Shown piece by piece: positions 18,381 to 28,464 of a DNA stretch of 64,000 nt (its first letter is position 1; every line of letters starts with the position of its first letter). The stretch is from an uncultured Gammaproteobacteria bacterium. Its GTDB lineage: Bacteria > Patescibacteriota > Microgenomatia > Levybacterales > UBA12049. The stretch spans positions 705,016 through 769,015 of the forward strand of contig CAZFRF010000001.1 of assembly GCA_964521295.1 (NCBI GenBank), read 5' to 3'. The notes below the pieces were generated by a model. The model was not told the DNA's origin. It searched no databases and worked only from the letters and a program-made list of their open reading frames with translations. The translations under genes and the position numbers were made by a program.

Positions 18381-19697
18381 TTAACTTGTGAATCTGAATC
18401 CCCTGCCTTTGATTGTTTGGATTAGTTTAGGCTCATTTGGATTATCTTCAATTTTTTTTCTAAGTCGGAAGATTAATTGATCTACGGCTTGATCTGTGAC
18501 TCCTAAAACTGTTTTTTGATCTCCCCAAACAGCGCTAATTACGTCTTCTTTTGTGACAAGAGTGTCTTTTTGGGTAATTAGGAATTTTAGTAATTTATAT
18601 TCTAAACTGGTTAGGAGTTCAGAAATGATGGTCTCGCCTTTTAATATTTCTCCTCTTTCATTTAAATTAATTTTGGTAAGTTCTGGGGGAATAGATTTAT
18701 CTTTAATATAATCAGCAAGTAGAGAAATGGTTAATAAATTATTTTTAACCAATCCTACGCTTTCTAGGTATTCAGCATTGTCTATTTTCCCTTTCATGAT
18801 CATAATTTGCTCTGATGGAGAGAGAAAGTTCCAGATTGCAAACAATGCACTTCTTATTGGTTTTTGTTCAATTAAATATTTTCTAAGTTCTAGTTTATTT
18901 TTAAAATTTTGTCCAGAGGAGAGGAGGGTCTCTGCGGAAAGGCGCATTAGATTACTGTGTCCTCCTGTTAGCTCGAAAACATTTTCTCTAAGTTCCTGAT
19001 CTATTTTTTTACCTGTAATTTTTTCTAAATATTCTAATCTAAAATTAATTCCAATTTCATTATAAATAGGTAGGTAAATAATTTTTCCGGCAACAAAATC
19101 ATAAAAATCTGCAAATAAAGTGGGTTCTAGAATTTCTTCGAGTGGACGGTTTAAGCTAAAAACTGCAGAAAACTTATACTTAGCTCTATTTCTGAGAATT
19201 CTTAAATTTGCAAAAAATTCGCTATCTAATACGCTGATATAATCTTCAAACCTATCAAAAAGCAAAACAATTGTTAGTCCCTTTTCTAGGGCTAAATAAT
19301 CTATTGCCTTTTTTAATCCAGCAAAGATAACTAAATCATCCTTAATCTGCATAGACTCCTTAAAAATTTTATTAATTTCTTCATAATCTTTTTGCATTTG
19401 CCTTTCTCTTAGCGAATCGATAATTCCTAGAAATATAAATTTAGTTGTTTCAGCAAGGGGCTTTTTGCGAATTTCAGAAAAATTTAAATAGACAAAATGG
19501 AAAAGCTTGTTGTCTTCATCCAAATGTTTTACGCGAACATTTTTGTTGTAGGACAAAAGTCCTAAAATATTAGATCTCCCAACTCCAGGAAGGGAAACAA
19601 TTTGACAAGAATTCCCTTCTTTTATGTAGTTTAGTATTTTTTCTATTTCTTGATCTCTTGTTCCATCTGGATAGAGGGCTTCAAAGTGTTGATCCAT
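18381..19697 (-). CDS. P-loop ATPase-like domain fused to an OmpR-type winged-helix DNA-binding domain
   Basis: SLPGVGRS (degenerate Walker A), LLFDRFE, C-terminal LTSLEYKLL...IFRLRKKIE...IQTIKGRGFRF. Confidence 0.8.
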   Translation of the reverse strand: MDQHFEALYPDGTRDQEIEKILNYIKEGNSCQIVSLPGVGRSNILGLLSYNKNVRVKHLDEDNKLFHFVYLNFSEIRKKPLAETTKFIFLGIIDSLRERQMQKDYEEINKIFKESMQIKDDLVIFAGLKKAIDYLALEKGLTIVLLFDRFEDYISVLDSEFFANLRILRNRAKYKFSAVFSLNRPLEEILEPTLFADFYDFVAGKIIYLPIYNEIGINFRLEYLEKITGKKIDQELRENVFELTGGHSNLMRLSAETLLSSGQNFKNKLELRKYLIEQKPIRSALFAIWNFLSPSEQIMIMKGKIDNAEYLESVGLVKNNLLTISLLADYIKDKSIPPELTKINLNERGEILKGETIISELLTSLEYKLLKFLITQKDTLVTKEDVISAVWGDQKTVLGVTDQAVDQLIFRLRKKIEDNPNEPKLIQTIKGRGFRFTS

Positions 19698-19814
19698 AAG
19701 TTTATTGTAATTTTTTTGTAAGGCAAATATCAAGCTCAAAAGGCATTTTAGGCTTAAACTGCAAGTGTTATGAGAGTAGAGATATATAGAAGATTAAATC
19801 AAGCTAATCCAGAA

Positions 19815-19862
19815 TTGACAATAGGCTCAGTTAAACCTAAACTGGAATCAGGAGATATTTTT
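19815..19862 (+). promoter_or_regulatory. sigma70 promoter plus Shine-Dalgarno of the large orphan gene
   Basis: TTGACA 19815-19820, 17 bp spacer, TAAACT 19838-19843, AGGAG before ATG 19863. Confidence 0.7.
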
Positions 19863-22800
19863 ATGGCAAAAGTAGATGGTGGTGGAGAGCAGCCAGGTCA
19901 AATTCCAGAGAAAAAAATAACACAAGAAATTGTTCCTCCTCAGGGTAGAGTTGGAAGGGCAAGGCGGGCATTGAGTTCTCGAGCAGAGCCTCCTCGAATT
20001 GCCCATGCATTGCTGGATGATCCATCAGAGCCAATTGTGCCCCCCGTCGCTCCCTTGTCTAGTCCAGATATTCCCGTAATTCCCGACGAAGCTCCAGGGG
20101 TTCCAGAGCATGGAGCCCCTATCCCAGCAGCTCCCGAAGAGGGATCTATTCCAGAGCAAATAAGGTTAGCTTGGGAATCGGCAGTACCAATTTCTGATCA
20201 AGCATCTGAGACCGAAAGAAAAGTAAGAGATGTAATTATAGAGGCGGCAGTGCTAAGAGGGTTTAGTCCCGTGGATCAAGCGGAGACTGTCAGAAGATTA
20301 AAAAGTTATTTAAGAACTAAGCAGACAGGAAGAGAGGCGGGTTTTGATGAGATTCCAGAAAATGAAGAGAGAATAACTAAAGAAGTACTTAAGGAAATAA
20401 TCAAAGTTATGACGAGTGGATTTAGCTTTACCGAAGAGGAGCTCGATGCTTACTCCGGTATGATAGAAAGTCTTGATACTAATGCCCCTGATTATGTAGA
20501 GAGAGCAAAAAAAATAATTCAAGTAATCCATTCTAAGCAAGAAGAATACGCAATTGATGAAGATACTAATTTGAACGAGGAGCAGGGAGAGGAAGGTTTT
20601 TATGAAGAGTCTGCAGAGGGACGATCTCAAATTGAGGGTGAAGAGCGGGTCTCACTTTTCGATGGTGTTTATAGAGCTCTGGATGCGTTAGAGGATGCTC
20701 CAGATGATGCAACGAGAGAGAGTATGGAGAGAGGAATACGCAGGGCTTTAGCTACGGACTTAACGGTTAATGGCGCATTAATTGAATCTTCTGCAGTCAG
20801 GCCCGGGGAAGGTGTAAGGTTAAGGAATGGAAGATGGGTTCATCCAGAAGATTACGAAAGATATAGGGCAACTTGGGCAAGTATAACAGCAGATCCGAAC
20901 CTTGATTCTATGCGCGCAAGGGCAAAGAAATTTATTAATGAACTAGAATTCAAGCTAGACGAGAGGGGTCGAGAGGTTGCCGGAGACAGAATTCAAAACG
21001 TTCAAGATCTTGCAAAATTTATTGTTACAAAACAAAATGCTGAAATATATGGAGTAGGTAAGAGGTTTGAGCTTGTAGATTCTGAAGGAAATTTTCATCC
21101 AGAAAACTTTTTAATTTGGCTTAGGGAACAATCAATTGCAATTCATAACGATAACAAGAATGATCAGCTTAGTCCATTGACATCTGTAGTTATTGAAACC
21201 ACATTCAGAACCATTTCTATTTATATGATGACACGTTTTAGAGAGCAGTATTTTAGAGATAAAAAAAGCGGCGAGGTTATGCATGATCTCGCAAATAGGG
21301 TTCTGATGGAGGCTTTTATGTTTGGAGTTTTCAGAAATTCAGATATTGCATATAGGTCAGTTATGGGTGAGGACAAAAGATTACCTGAGGCTTTGCCGCA
21401 AATTCATTCCAGAAATGATTTGACCAGTTCAGACAATTGGCAATATATGCTAAATGCTCCAGCTGAATTTGGCACTGAACATGATATGCGAGTTGGCGAA
21501 GCTGTAATGTTTTGTAACGATTTTTATTACAACATTTCAGATAAAGAGGAATTAATTAAGCTATTGGGCGACCGCCCGATTACAAGGCAAGATTTTGAAG
21601 ATGCTTTATTGCTACTTAGCGGTAAACATGAATGGGAACGAGACCAAATTAAATTTGATGCTCATTTTGATCCTGAGGATCCAAATGGACCTTTTTATCT
21701 AAACGATGATAAACAAAGAGTTTATTTCTTTATGGACTCTAATGGACAAATGCAAGACACTGTAAATATTGATGCTTTTATTGATGGGTTAAATACCTTC
21801 AATATGGCAACGCCTAAGACTAGCACGGTAAATTTATTAAGGGAAATTGTAAGAGTTAAAGCGGCTCAGAAGTATGGGTTAAACGATGGAATAGCTAGGG
21901 GAGAAAAAGCAGAAGAGAAAAAAAGACAGTATGACGAGGCAGTTGCGCGTCATAAAGTCATTCTGAGAAGAATTACTCGAGATGGTCAAGAACTGAGTCA
22001 AGCTGAAATTGATAGAAGAGCAAAAGATAGGGCAAACTCAGAATTTAAAAAGGAACAGAGCGCAGACAGAACAAATCTTGAATATGCTGAAACAACCTCT
22101 TGGATTTTTCAAAGACCCTATGGAATTGCAGCTAGAAACGATACTTTACGAAGGGGCTTTGATGCAGCGACGAAATTATATTTATATGACTATATTCTTA
22201 GGCAATCAAAAGAAGGAACTGGTGGTCCGATAGGTATTCCAGAAATGATGGGAATCTTTAGGCTTTTGAGCCCAGATCTAGTAGAGGGTTTACTTACTGA
22301 GTCAGGGGTTAGTCCAAGACAGTTAATGCTTCAAATTAGAGAGGTAGATTTGATGCCAGGAGGTACCCCAGAGCAAGAAGCTGAGAAAGCTAAGAAAAAA
22401 GCAGAAATATTGTCACATTTAAGATTTGCTGAAAGAGCTGAGATGGATTTCACATCAAACCAGCAATCTAGAGGATTTCAAATATACCATTCCTTCACGG
22501 AAGGAGATGATCTTGATTTACACGATGTTATAACCCATAGCTTCTGGGAAGGAATAAAAGTAAAACTGAGTAAGGCCGAAGAGGTTGTAAAAGATAAATG
22601 GATGAAGCCTGTGAGATATTTGCTTTCTTCAAATAATGCTTTGAATTTTGCTGCAAAAGCAAGAATGCTAGATTTTGTTAAAACGGGTAAATTAAAGCCT
22701 GCAGCAGCTCCAGAGGCTATTGTTCAAGAAAGAAATGCTTTAAATCAGCAAAGAGTGAAGGAAGGTAAGGCTACATTGCCACAGGTGGCAATGCCCAAGC

Positions 22801-23303
22801 CTGCTCCTATATATTCTACGGTTACTCTTGCTGAAAAAATGCTGAGTCCGGATGTTACAGACAGGGATTATATATCAGATGACGGTAAGGTAATAAAGAT
22901 TAGGGAGGCTTTAATGGACCCGGCAAAATATGAGCAAAATAGAGCCAATGTTAGAAAGGCATTAGCAAAAAATGCCATTACAACAAGAATAGCATTCGTT
23001 TTGAAATTTCATAGAGAATTGTATGGATTAGGAGAAAGATGGGGCTATGAAAGAGTTCAGGCGCTTTACCATTATCTTCACAGAATAAGAGAATGGGAGC
23101 CAGTTGAGGGTAAGCCAGGTCGGGTAAAGGAAAATCCCGAAAAGGGTTTTTTCTCTCACCATGATCTAGAATGGATGAGAGGGCTTAGTAATACTAAAGA
23201 GTATAATATGATCATGGAAGAGCTTGGTAAGCAAGGTGGCGTAGCAGCTCTTGGCGCAGGAAAAGATGCATTGTCAGCGTTTATACAAGCTATATTAAAA
23301 TAA
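19863..23303 (+). CDS. Large hypothetical soluble protein (about 1146 aa)
   Basis: 3.4 kb ORF with promoter and SD; Pro-rich then acidic N-terminus; no recognised domain. Confidence 0.85.
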   Translation: MAKVDGGGEQPGQIPEKKITQEIVPPQGRVGRARRALSSRAEPPRIAHALLDDPSEPIVPPVAPLSSPDIPVIPDEAPGVPEHGAPIPAAPEEGSIPEQIRLAWESAVPISDQASETERKVRDVIIEAAVLRGFSPVDQAETVRRLKSYLRTKQTGREAGFDEIPENEERITKEVLKEIIKVMTSGFSFTEEELDAYSGMIESLDTNAPDYVERAKKIIQVIHSKQEEYAIDEDTNLNEEQGEEGFYEESAEGRSQIEGEERVSLFDGVYRALDALEDAPDDATRESMERGIRRALATDLTVNGALIESSAVRPGEGVRLRNGRWVHPEDYERYRATWASITADPNLDSMRARAKKFINELEFKLDERGREVAGDRIQNVQDLAKFIVTKQNAEIYGVGKRFELVDSEGNFHPENFLIWLREQSIAIHNDNKNDQLSPLTSVVIETTFRTISIYMMTRFREQYFRDKKSGEVMHDLANRVLMEAFMFGVFRNSDIAYRSVMGEDKRLPEALPQIHSRNDLTSSDNWQYMLNAPAEFGTEHDMRVGEAVMFCNDFYYNISDKEELIKLLGDRPITRQDFEDALLLLSGKHEWERDQIKFDAHFDPEDPNGPFYLNDDKQRVYFFMDSNGQMQDTVNIDAFIDGLNTFNMATPKTSTVNLLREIVRVKAAQKYGLNDGIARGEKAEEKKRQYDEAVARHKVILRRITRDGQELSQAEIDRRAKDRANSEFKKEQSADRTNLEYAETTSWIFQRPYGIAARNDTLRRGFDAATKLYLYDYILRQSKEGTGGPIGIPEMMGIFRLLSPDLVEGLLTESGVSPRQLMLQIREVDLMPGGTPEQEAEKAKKKAEILSHLRFAERAEMDFTSNQQSRGFQIYHSFTEGDDLDLHDVITHSFWEGIKVKLSKAEEVVKDKWMKPVRYLLSSNNALNFAAKARMLDFVKTGKLKPAAAPEAIVQERNALNQQRVKEGKATLPQVAMPKPAPIYSTVTLAEKMLSPDVTDRDYISDDGKVIKIREALMDPAKYEQNRANVRKALAKNAITTRIAFVLKFHRELYGLGERWGYERVQALYHYLHRIREWEPVEGKPGRVKENPEKGFFSHHDLEWMRGLSNTKEYNMIMEELGKQGGVAALGAGKDALSAFIQAILK

Positions 23304-23308
23304 AGCTT

Positions 23309-25150
23309 TTATGAATGAGGCGGTGGTGGAGGAGTTCCTCCAGTATTTCCGGGATTTTGTGGATTATTATCTTCGTCTTGAGCATTATCTATGCCTAGTT
23401 TAGTTCTTATCTGTTTTCTTCTTCGATTTGCCGCATCGTCAACTCTTTCCCTAAACTGTCCAAAGCGAAGACCCACTCTGCTTTCAGCAAATTTATTAGA
23501 AATAACTGCTCTACCAATCTTTGCTTCTCCTCTTCTATTTTCGCCAAAGATTTCATGATTTATTCTTCTAATAGGAGCGGCAATTATTCCAGTTGCAGGG
23601 CCTAGTGCTCCTCCTAAGCCAAAGCCAGTCTTGGGAGCCTTAATTGCAGATTTAATCATCTTAGCTGCTTCAGGAGTCATGAAGAGTAGCCCGAGGCTTG
23701 TAATTGCTCCTAAAAATCCTGGCGCAAGACTATTGCCTAATAAGGGTGGGGTAAATGAACCATTTGGAGCAGCGTTGCTTGGGCCCGCGGACATAGCTGC
23801 TCCAATTACGTTTGCGAGCAGAATCATTCCATATACTGTTGGAAATACTGCTAAATTAGCAACTACGTCTTTTAGCCATGGGCCAAAGCCTAAAGATGAA
23901 TTTCCTGGAATTAAGGCTCCGATTATCCAAATTGGAGCAAAGACTACGTCAAGTAAAAGAGAAACATAAGAACGAAGTAGCATCAGTAGGATTCTAAAGA
24001 GTGTAATTAAGACACCTACGATAACAATGAGCCATATTATTAAGAATGGCAAAATATCTGTAAAAAAGAAATGAATTCCTAAAAATGCTCCAGTTGATTC
24101 TATTGCTGTTTGTCCTGTGCAAAGAAGTCCCCCTACAAATGGGACTCCTGATCCTGCGCAGGGTATTAGTGAGGAAAATTTGAGAGCTCCATATATGCTT
24201 GCAACGTTATACAACATGTCAACAACGCTAAAATTAATCCAGTCCCCGACTCCAAAATTAAAAGCTTTTCCTATCATGTCCATGATACTTCCTGCTCCAC
24301 CAGTAAGTCCGGAATGAGAGCTTGGTCCGATCAGTATTGCATTGAGGCTATCTTTTCCGGCAACGGCAATATTGTTAACTATTCCAAAGATATTTAAATT
24401 ACCAGCAGCATTAAGAATCGTTTGCCCTTCGATGCTAGCTGGAGAAAGGCTTGTATTTAATCCTGGAAGTCCTGAGAAAAGACTATAGATTAAATACATA
24501 GAGAAAAACATTAAATCAATCAAAAGGCCAACTATTGCAAACGAAAAGGTGATAAGAATGAGTGCAATTATTATTTTAGGAATTTGATTTTGAATTCCCA
24601 TGACTGTTCGGGGATCAATCCTTGCTCTTAACATGATTCCTACGCCAATTAATATAAAAGCAATAACAAAAATAAGATAAGTTAAATTTCTAAAAATTGT
24701 CCAAATATTAATAAGCGGAGATAGGGCTTTAAAGCCTATTCCTTGCGCATAGCTTGGCTTCGCAACTCCAAAGCTTTGAGTTGCATAGGAGATAAAATCT
24801 GAAGTATGTACTGGAGGAGTAAATAGCATTCCGATTCCTTGAATGGTCAATCCCAATGCTCCTCCGCCTTTTTCCGTATAGCCAATTTTATTTGTTTTTG
24901 GATTGATACCCAAACACCCTTGTTTTGGATTAATAGGATCGATTCCTGATAGTTGACATATAAATGCTGACATGGTTTCGATTAGGGCACTTTGTGTATA
25001 GTTATGAAGATTTTTAGATACATTCGCATCTGTATCTGGGGCTAAATAATTGTTTGACTGAGTTGTCTCTTGCGCAAATGAAGGCTTTAAAAAGCTAAAA
25101 ATTAAGACAAATGCAAAAAAAACTGCAAGGATTCGAGCAGGAAATTTCAT
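23309..25150 (-). CDS. Polytopic membrane protein, VirB6-like candidate
   Basis: Signal peptide, many TM helices, LLLDVVFAPIWI...WLK segment, Gly-rich basic tail, T4SS context. Confidence 0.6.
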   Translation of the reverse strand: MKFPARILAVFFAFVLIFSFLKPSFAQETTQSNNYLAPDTDANVSKNLHNYTQSALIETMSAFICQLSGIDPINPKQGCLGINPKTNKIGYTEKGGGALGLTIQGIGMLFTPPVHTSDFISYATQSFGVAKPSYAQGIGFKALSPLINIWTIFRNLTYLIFVIAFILIGVGIMLRARIDPRTVMGIQNQIPKIIIALILITFSFAIVGLLIDLMFFSMYLIYSLFSGLPGLNTSLSPASIEGQTILNAAGNLNIFGIVNNIAVAGKDSLNAILIGPSSHSGLTGGAGSIMDMIGKAFNFGVGDWINFSVVDMLYNVASIYGALKFSSLIPCAGSGVPFVGGLLCTGQTAIESTGAFLGIHFFFTDILPFLIIWLIVIVGVLITLFRILLMLLRSYVSLLLDVVFAPIWIIGALIPGNSSLGFGPWLKDVVANLAVFPTVYGMILLANVIGAAMSAGPSNAAPNGSFTPPLLGNSLAPGFLGAITSLGLLFMTPEAAKMIKSAIKAPKTGFGLGGALGPATGIIAAPIRRINHEIFGENRRGEAKIGRAVISNKFAESRVGLRFGQFRERVDDAANRRRKQIRTKLGIDNAQDEDNNPQNPGNTGGTPPPPPHS

Positions 25151-25228
25151 ACAATACCAGTTTCTATTATTTTGGAATTGATGTCAAGTTTGTTAAAACC
25201 TCTAAATTGAAGTAAAATAGCCTTAGAA

Positions 25229-25301
25229 GTGCCCGTAGTTCAACGGATAGAACACCTGGTTGCGGTCCAGGCGGTTGGAGGTTCAATTCCTCTCGGGCAT
25301 A
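25229..25301 (+). tRNA. tRNA-Arg(GCG)
   Basis: Acceptor GTGCCCG/CGGGCAT, anticodon arm CCTGG-TTGCGGT-CCAGG, TTCAATT loop. Confidence 0.93.
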
Positions 25302-25302
25302 C

Positions 25303-25386
25303 GGAGGGTTCGCATAGTGGCCAATTGCACGAGTTTCGAAAACTCGAGGACTTAGTCCTCCGCAGGTTCGAATCCTGCACCCTCCG
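25303..25386 (+). tRNA. tRNA-Ser(CGA)
   Basis: GGAGGGT/ACCCTCC, CGAGT-TTCGAAA-ACTCG, long variable arm, G73. Confidence 0.95.
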
Positions 25387-25395
25387 CTTTTACTT

Positions 25396-25833
25396 ATGCT
25401 ACAGACAAAACAAATGAAAATTCAAATTAGCGCTGGTGGGGTGGTATATAAAAGAGAAAAAGGTGATTTGTATATTTTAGTTTCCCAACATTCTGGTCAT
25501 CATGGTTGGGTTTTTCCCAAGGGTTTAATAGGGGACAAAGTTGAAAACGAAGATAAGGAGACAACAGCTTTAAGGGAAGTTAGGGAAGAGACTGGTGTTA
25601 ATGGAAAAATTATTCAACCTTTAAAACCAGTAGTTTTTTGGTTTGTAATGGATGGGGTAAAAATTAAAAAAACAGTCCATTACTTTCTAATGGAATATGT
25701 CTCGGGAGAAATTACAGATCATGACTGGGAAATGGAAAATGTAGAATGGCTAGAAGAGTCAAAAATATTAGAGCGCTTAACTTATCCTTCAGATAAAAAA
25801 GTTTGGCTGGAGGCACAAAAACTCCTTAGTTAA
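25396..25833 (+). CDS. NUDIX hydrolase
   Basis: WVFPKG...TALREVREETG Nudix box. Confidence 0.92.
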   Translation: MLQTKQMKIQISAGGVVYKREKGDLYILVSQHSGHHGWVFPKGLIGDKVENEDKETTALREVREETGVNGKIIQPLKPVVFWFVMDGVKIKKTVHYFLMEYVSGEITDHDWEMENVEWLEESKILERLTYPSDKKVWLEAQKLLS

Positions 25834-25851
25834 TGTTATAATACTTCTCGT

Positions 25852-25941
25852 GGAGAGATCGCATAGTGGCCTAGTGCGTTCGCTTGGAAAGCGGATGTTG
25901 TCGTGAGACAACCGGGAGTTCGAATCTCCCTCTCTCCGCCA
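25852..25941 (+). tRNA. tRNA-Ser(GGA)
   Basis: GGAGAGA/TCTCTCC, loop TTGGAAA, long variable arm, encoded CCA. Confidence 0.95.
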
Positions 25942-25942
25942 A

Positions 25943-26458
25943 TTATTTTTCCATCGGAAAATTTCTTGATAACCAATCTGCAGATTTTTCTACAAATGTC
26001 GGTTTAATAACTTCCCTAAAGGGTAAAAATTGAATTATGGCTTTTTTGACATTTTCTTTATCTAGTGGGTTTAATGTTAAAATTATTTCTCCAGGGAAAA
26101 AATCCTCTGTTCGTATATGAACAGTCTCGACTCCATCAGTTTTTTTAAAGTAAAAATCATACAGCTCTTTCCATAAGAAGAATCTATCTTCGATCATTAT
26201 TCCTTCAGAGCTAATTTTATAATGAAAATCCTTAGGAGGAACAATGGTTAAGGCAAAAGAGACAAAGACAAGAGAAATAACTACGACCATGAGCATATAT
26301 TGAGAAAAAAGAAACAGAATGAGTTCAACAAAGACCATTAGAAGAAGTGCTGTTAAAAAATATTGCTTAGTTCTTTTTTTATATGGTCTGCCTGCAGAAT
26401 GCCATTCAAAAAGAGTAACTACGTCATGAATATTGTTGTTATTTTCTTCGTGGGGCAT
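25943..26458 (-). CDS. Conserved two-TM protein with PH-like C-terminus (DUF5673-like)
   Basis: FEW...two TM...YKISSEGIMIEDRFFLWKELYDF. Confidence 0.6.
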   Translation of the reverse strand: MPHEENNNNIHDVVTLFEWHSAGRPYKKRTKQYFLTALLLMVFVELILFLFSQYMLMVVVISLVFVSFALTIVPPKDFHYKISSEGIMIEDRFFLWKELYDFYFKKTDGVETVHIRTEDFFPGEIILTLNPLDKENVKKAIIQFLPFREVIKPTFVEKSADWLSRNFPMEK

Positions 26459-26496
26459 AAATTAACTCTACGAGATTTTGGGGTTTTAGTCAAATG

Positions 26497-26584
26497 CGGA
26501 GAGGGCGAGATTCGAACTCGCGAAGAGCAAAAAACTCTTAGCGGTTTTCAAGACCGCCGCACTAGTCCACTATGCGACCTCTCC
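26497..26584 (-). tRNA. tRNA-Ser(TGA)
   Basis: Reverse strand GGAGAGG..., GCGGT-CTTGAAA-ACCGC, long variable arm. Confidence 0.95.
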
Positions 26585-26633
26585 GTAAGTGTAATTATAA
26601 TTGAATTTAAGGCTAATTACTAGTTTTAGAAGG

Positions 26634-28424
26634 TCATCTACTTGATCTTAATGCGTTGATAATAACTGCGACATCAATTGCTTCTTGTAAGAATGCTCCT
26701 CCAATTGGAGGGATTAAGCCAACAGAGGCAAATATCATGCCAACAACGCTTATGCCAATTCCCCACATGATGCTTTGTTTGGCAATTTTTATTGTCCTCT
26801 TAGCAATACTTAGGCTCTCTATTACCAAAGAGAAATTGCCTCCTAAAAAGACAATATCTGCTGCCTCAGAGGCTGCAGTTTGTTCTTCATTGCTAAAGAC
26901 CATTCCAACATCAGCAAGAGCTAAGGCAGGAGCGTCATTTATACCGTCTCCAACCATAACGGTTACTTTGCCTTGTTTTTTAAGTTCAGCAATTCCTTTT
27001 TGTTTATCTTCTGGAAGAGCTTCTGCTTTTATAATTATATTTTCACCTAAGGTTTTAGTTACTTTTTCAGCTGCTTCTTTTTTGTCTCCAGTAAAAATAA
27101 ACAAATCAAAACCTAACTTTTTAAGATCTTGAATGCTTTGCCTAGAGTCCTCTTTGATTTCATCTTCAAAAATAAAATGAGCAATTTCAGTTTTGCCTTC
27201 AAAAAGTCCAATATTCATTCCTTGAAGAGAAGGGAGTTTAGAGAGTGTATAGGTTTTAGAATTTACTTTTCCGGAAATTCCATGTCCAATTTTTTCCTCT
27301 ATGTTTTCTGCATGTAATAATTTAGCTTTATTGTCTTTTGCAAAATCAACAATTGCTTTAGCTAAGGGATGCAAAGAGTTTCTTTCAATAGCTTCAGCAA
27401 TTGCTAAAAGGTCTGCTTTTGAATCTTTAGAATTTAGAATTTTAAATTCAGTAACTATTGGTTTTCCTAAAGTAATTGTTCCTGTTTTGTCAAAAATTAA
27501 ACTTTTTGCTCTTGATAGCATTTCTAGGCTAGCTAACTTTTTAACAATAATATTTTTCTTTGAAGCTTTATTTACTCCTCCTAGGAGGGCAATTGGAGTA
27601 GCGATAATTAAAGGACAAGGGGTGGCAATAGCTAGTACTGCTAAGGCTCGGGTTAAGTCAAAGCCAGAGAAAATATAAGAAAACCCTGTAATCAATAGGG
27701 TTGTGATTGTAAAAAAACCTGAGTATTTATCTGCAAGTCGAATAAATGGCGATTTTTCTTCCTGAGCTTTCTTAACCATCTCAACAATTTTATTGTATGA
27801 AGAATCTTTTTGAGTCTTAGTAATCTTAACTATAATTAGCTCTCCCACATTAATAGTTCCGCTTCTAATTGGATCGTTTTTTATTTTTTCAATTGCATAT
27901 GGCTCTCCGGTTAAGGATGATTCGTCGGTTAAGCCAGATTCTGAGATTAAAATTCCATCTAGGGGTATGACTTCGCCTTTTCTAACTATTATTTCTTGAT
28001 CCTTAGTAACATCGTCAATACTTTTTTTATCGCCTATTTTCCCATTTTCGCAAAGTGTAACTTCATTGGGTATTCTTTCTGCTAGTTTAGTTAGAGATTT
28101 TTTAGCTTGAGCAATACCATAGTCTTCTAAGGTCCTACCACTTGAGATCATAAGAGCTAATATTTGAGCAACTAAATACTCTTTGGTAAAAAGGGCTACA
28201 ACAATGGCTAGAATTGCAATGTAGTCAAGGGCAAAGTGCTTCTTAAGAAGAGAGGCAATTGTTTCCTGAAAAAGCCTATATGATCCCAGGAGTGTTGCTA
28301 AGATTCCTACTAAGGCCGCCAAATTATTTTGCTTTAACACTGATAGGGCGATATACAGAAAAATTAAACTAAGAATAAGAGTCGGAATTTTAAAGGTCGA
28401 CAGGAGGCTAACTTTTTGCTGCAT
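26634..28424 (-). CDS. Heavy-metal P1B-type ATPase (P1B-5-like motifs)
   Basis: TGE, ATPCPL, DKTGT, HP, GDGIND, QEAID; ATG 28424 follows TATACT by 8 nt. Confidence 0.9.
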   Translation of the reverse strand: MQQKVSLLSTFKIPTLILSLIFLYIALSVLKQNNLAALVGILATLLGSYRLFQETIASLLKKHFALDYIAILAIVVALFTKEYLVAQILALMISSGRTLEDYGIAQAKKSLTKLAERIPNEVTLCENGKIGDKKSIDDVTKDQEIIVRKGEVIPLDGILISESGLTDESSLTGEPYAIEKIKNDPIRSGTINVGELIIVKITKTQKDSSYNKIVEMVKKAQEEKSPFIRLADKYSGFFTITTLLITGFSYIFSGFDLTRALAVLAIATPCPLIIATPIALLGGVNKASKKNIIVKKLASLEMLSRAKSLIFDKTGTITLGKPIVTEFKILNSKDSKADLLAIAEAIERNSLHPLAKAIVDFAKDNKAKLLHAENIEEKIGHGISGKVNSKTYTLSKLPSLQGMNIGLFEGKTEIAHFIFEDEIKEDSRQSIQDLKKLGFDLFIFTGDKKEAAEKVTKTLGENIIIKAEALPEDKQKGIAELKKQGKVTVMVGDGINDAPALALADVGMVFSNEEQTAASEAADIVFLGGNFSLVIESLSIAKRTIKIAKQSIMWGIGISVVGMIFASVGLIPPIGGAFLQEAIDVAVIINALRSSR

Positions 28425-28464
28425 ACACAAAGAGTATACATCTTTTAATATGCCTAGCAAAGTT

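Noticed and set aside
25229-25417. 62 aa ORF; similarly 26363-26623 and 28499-28759
   Set aside because: They overlap tRNA genes
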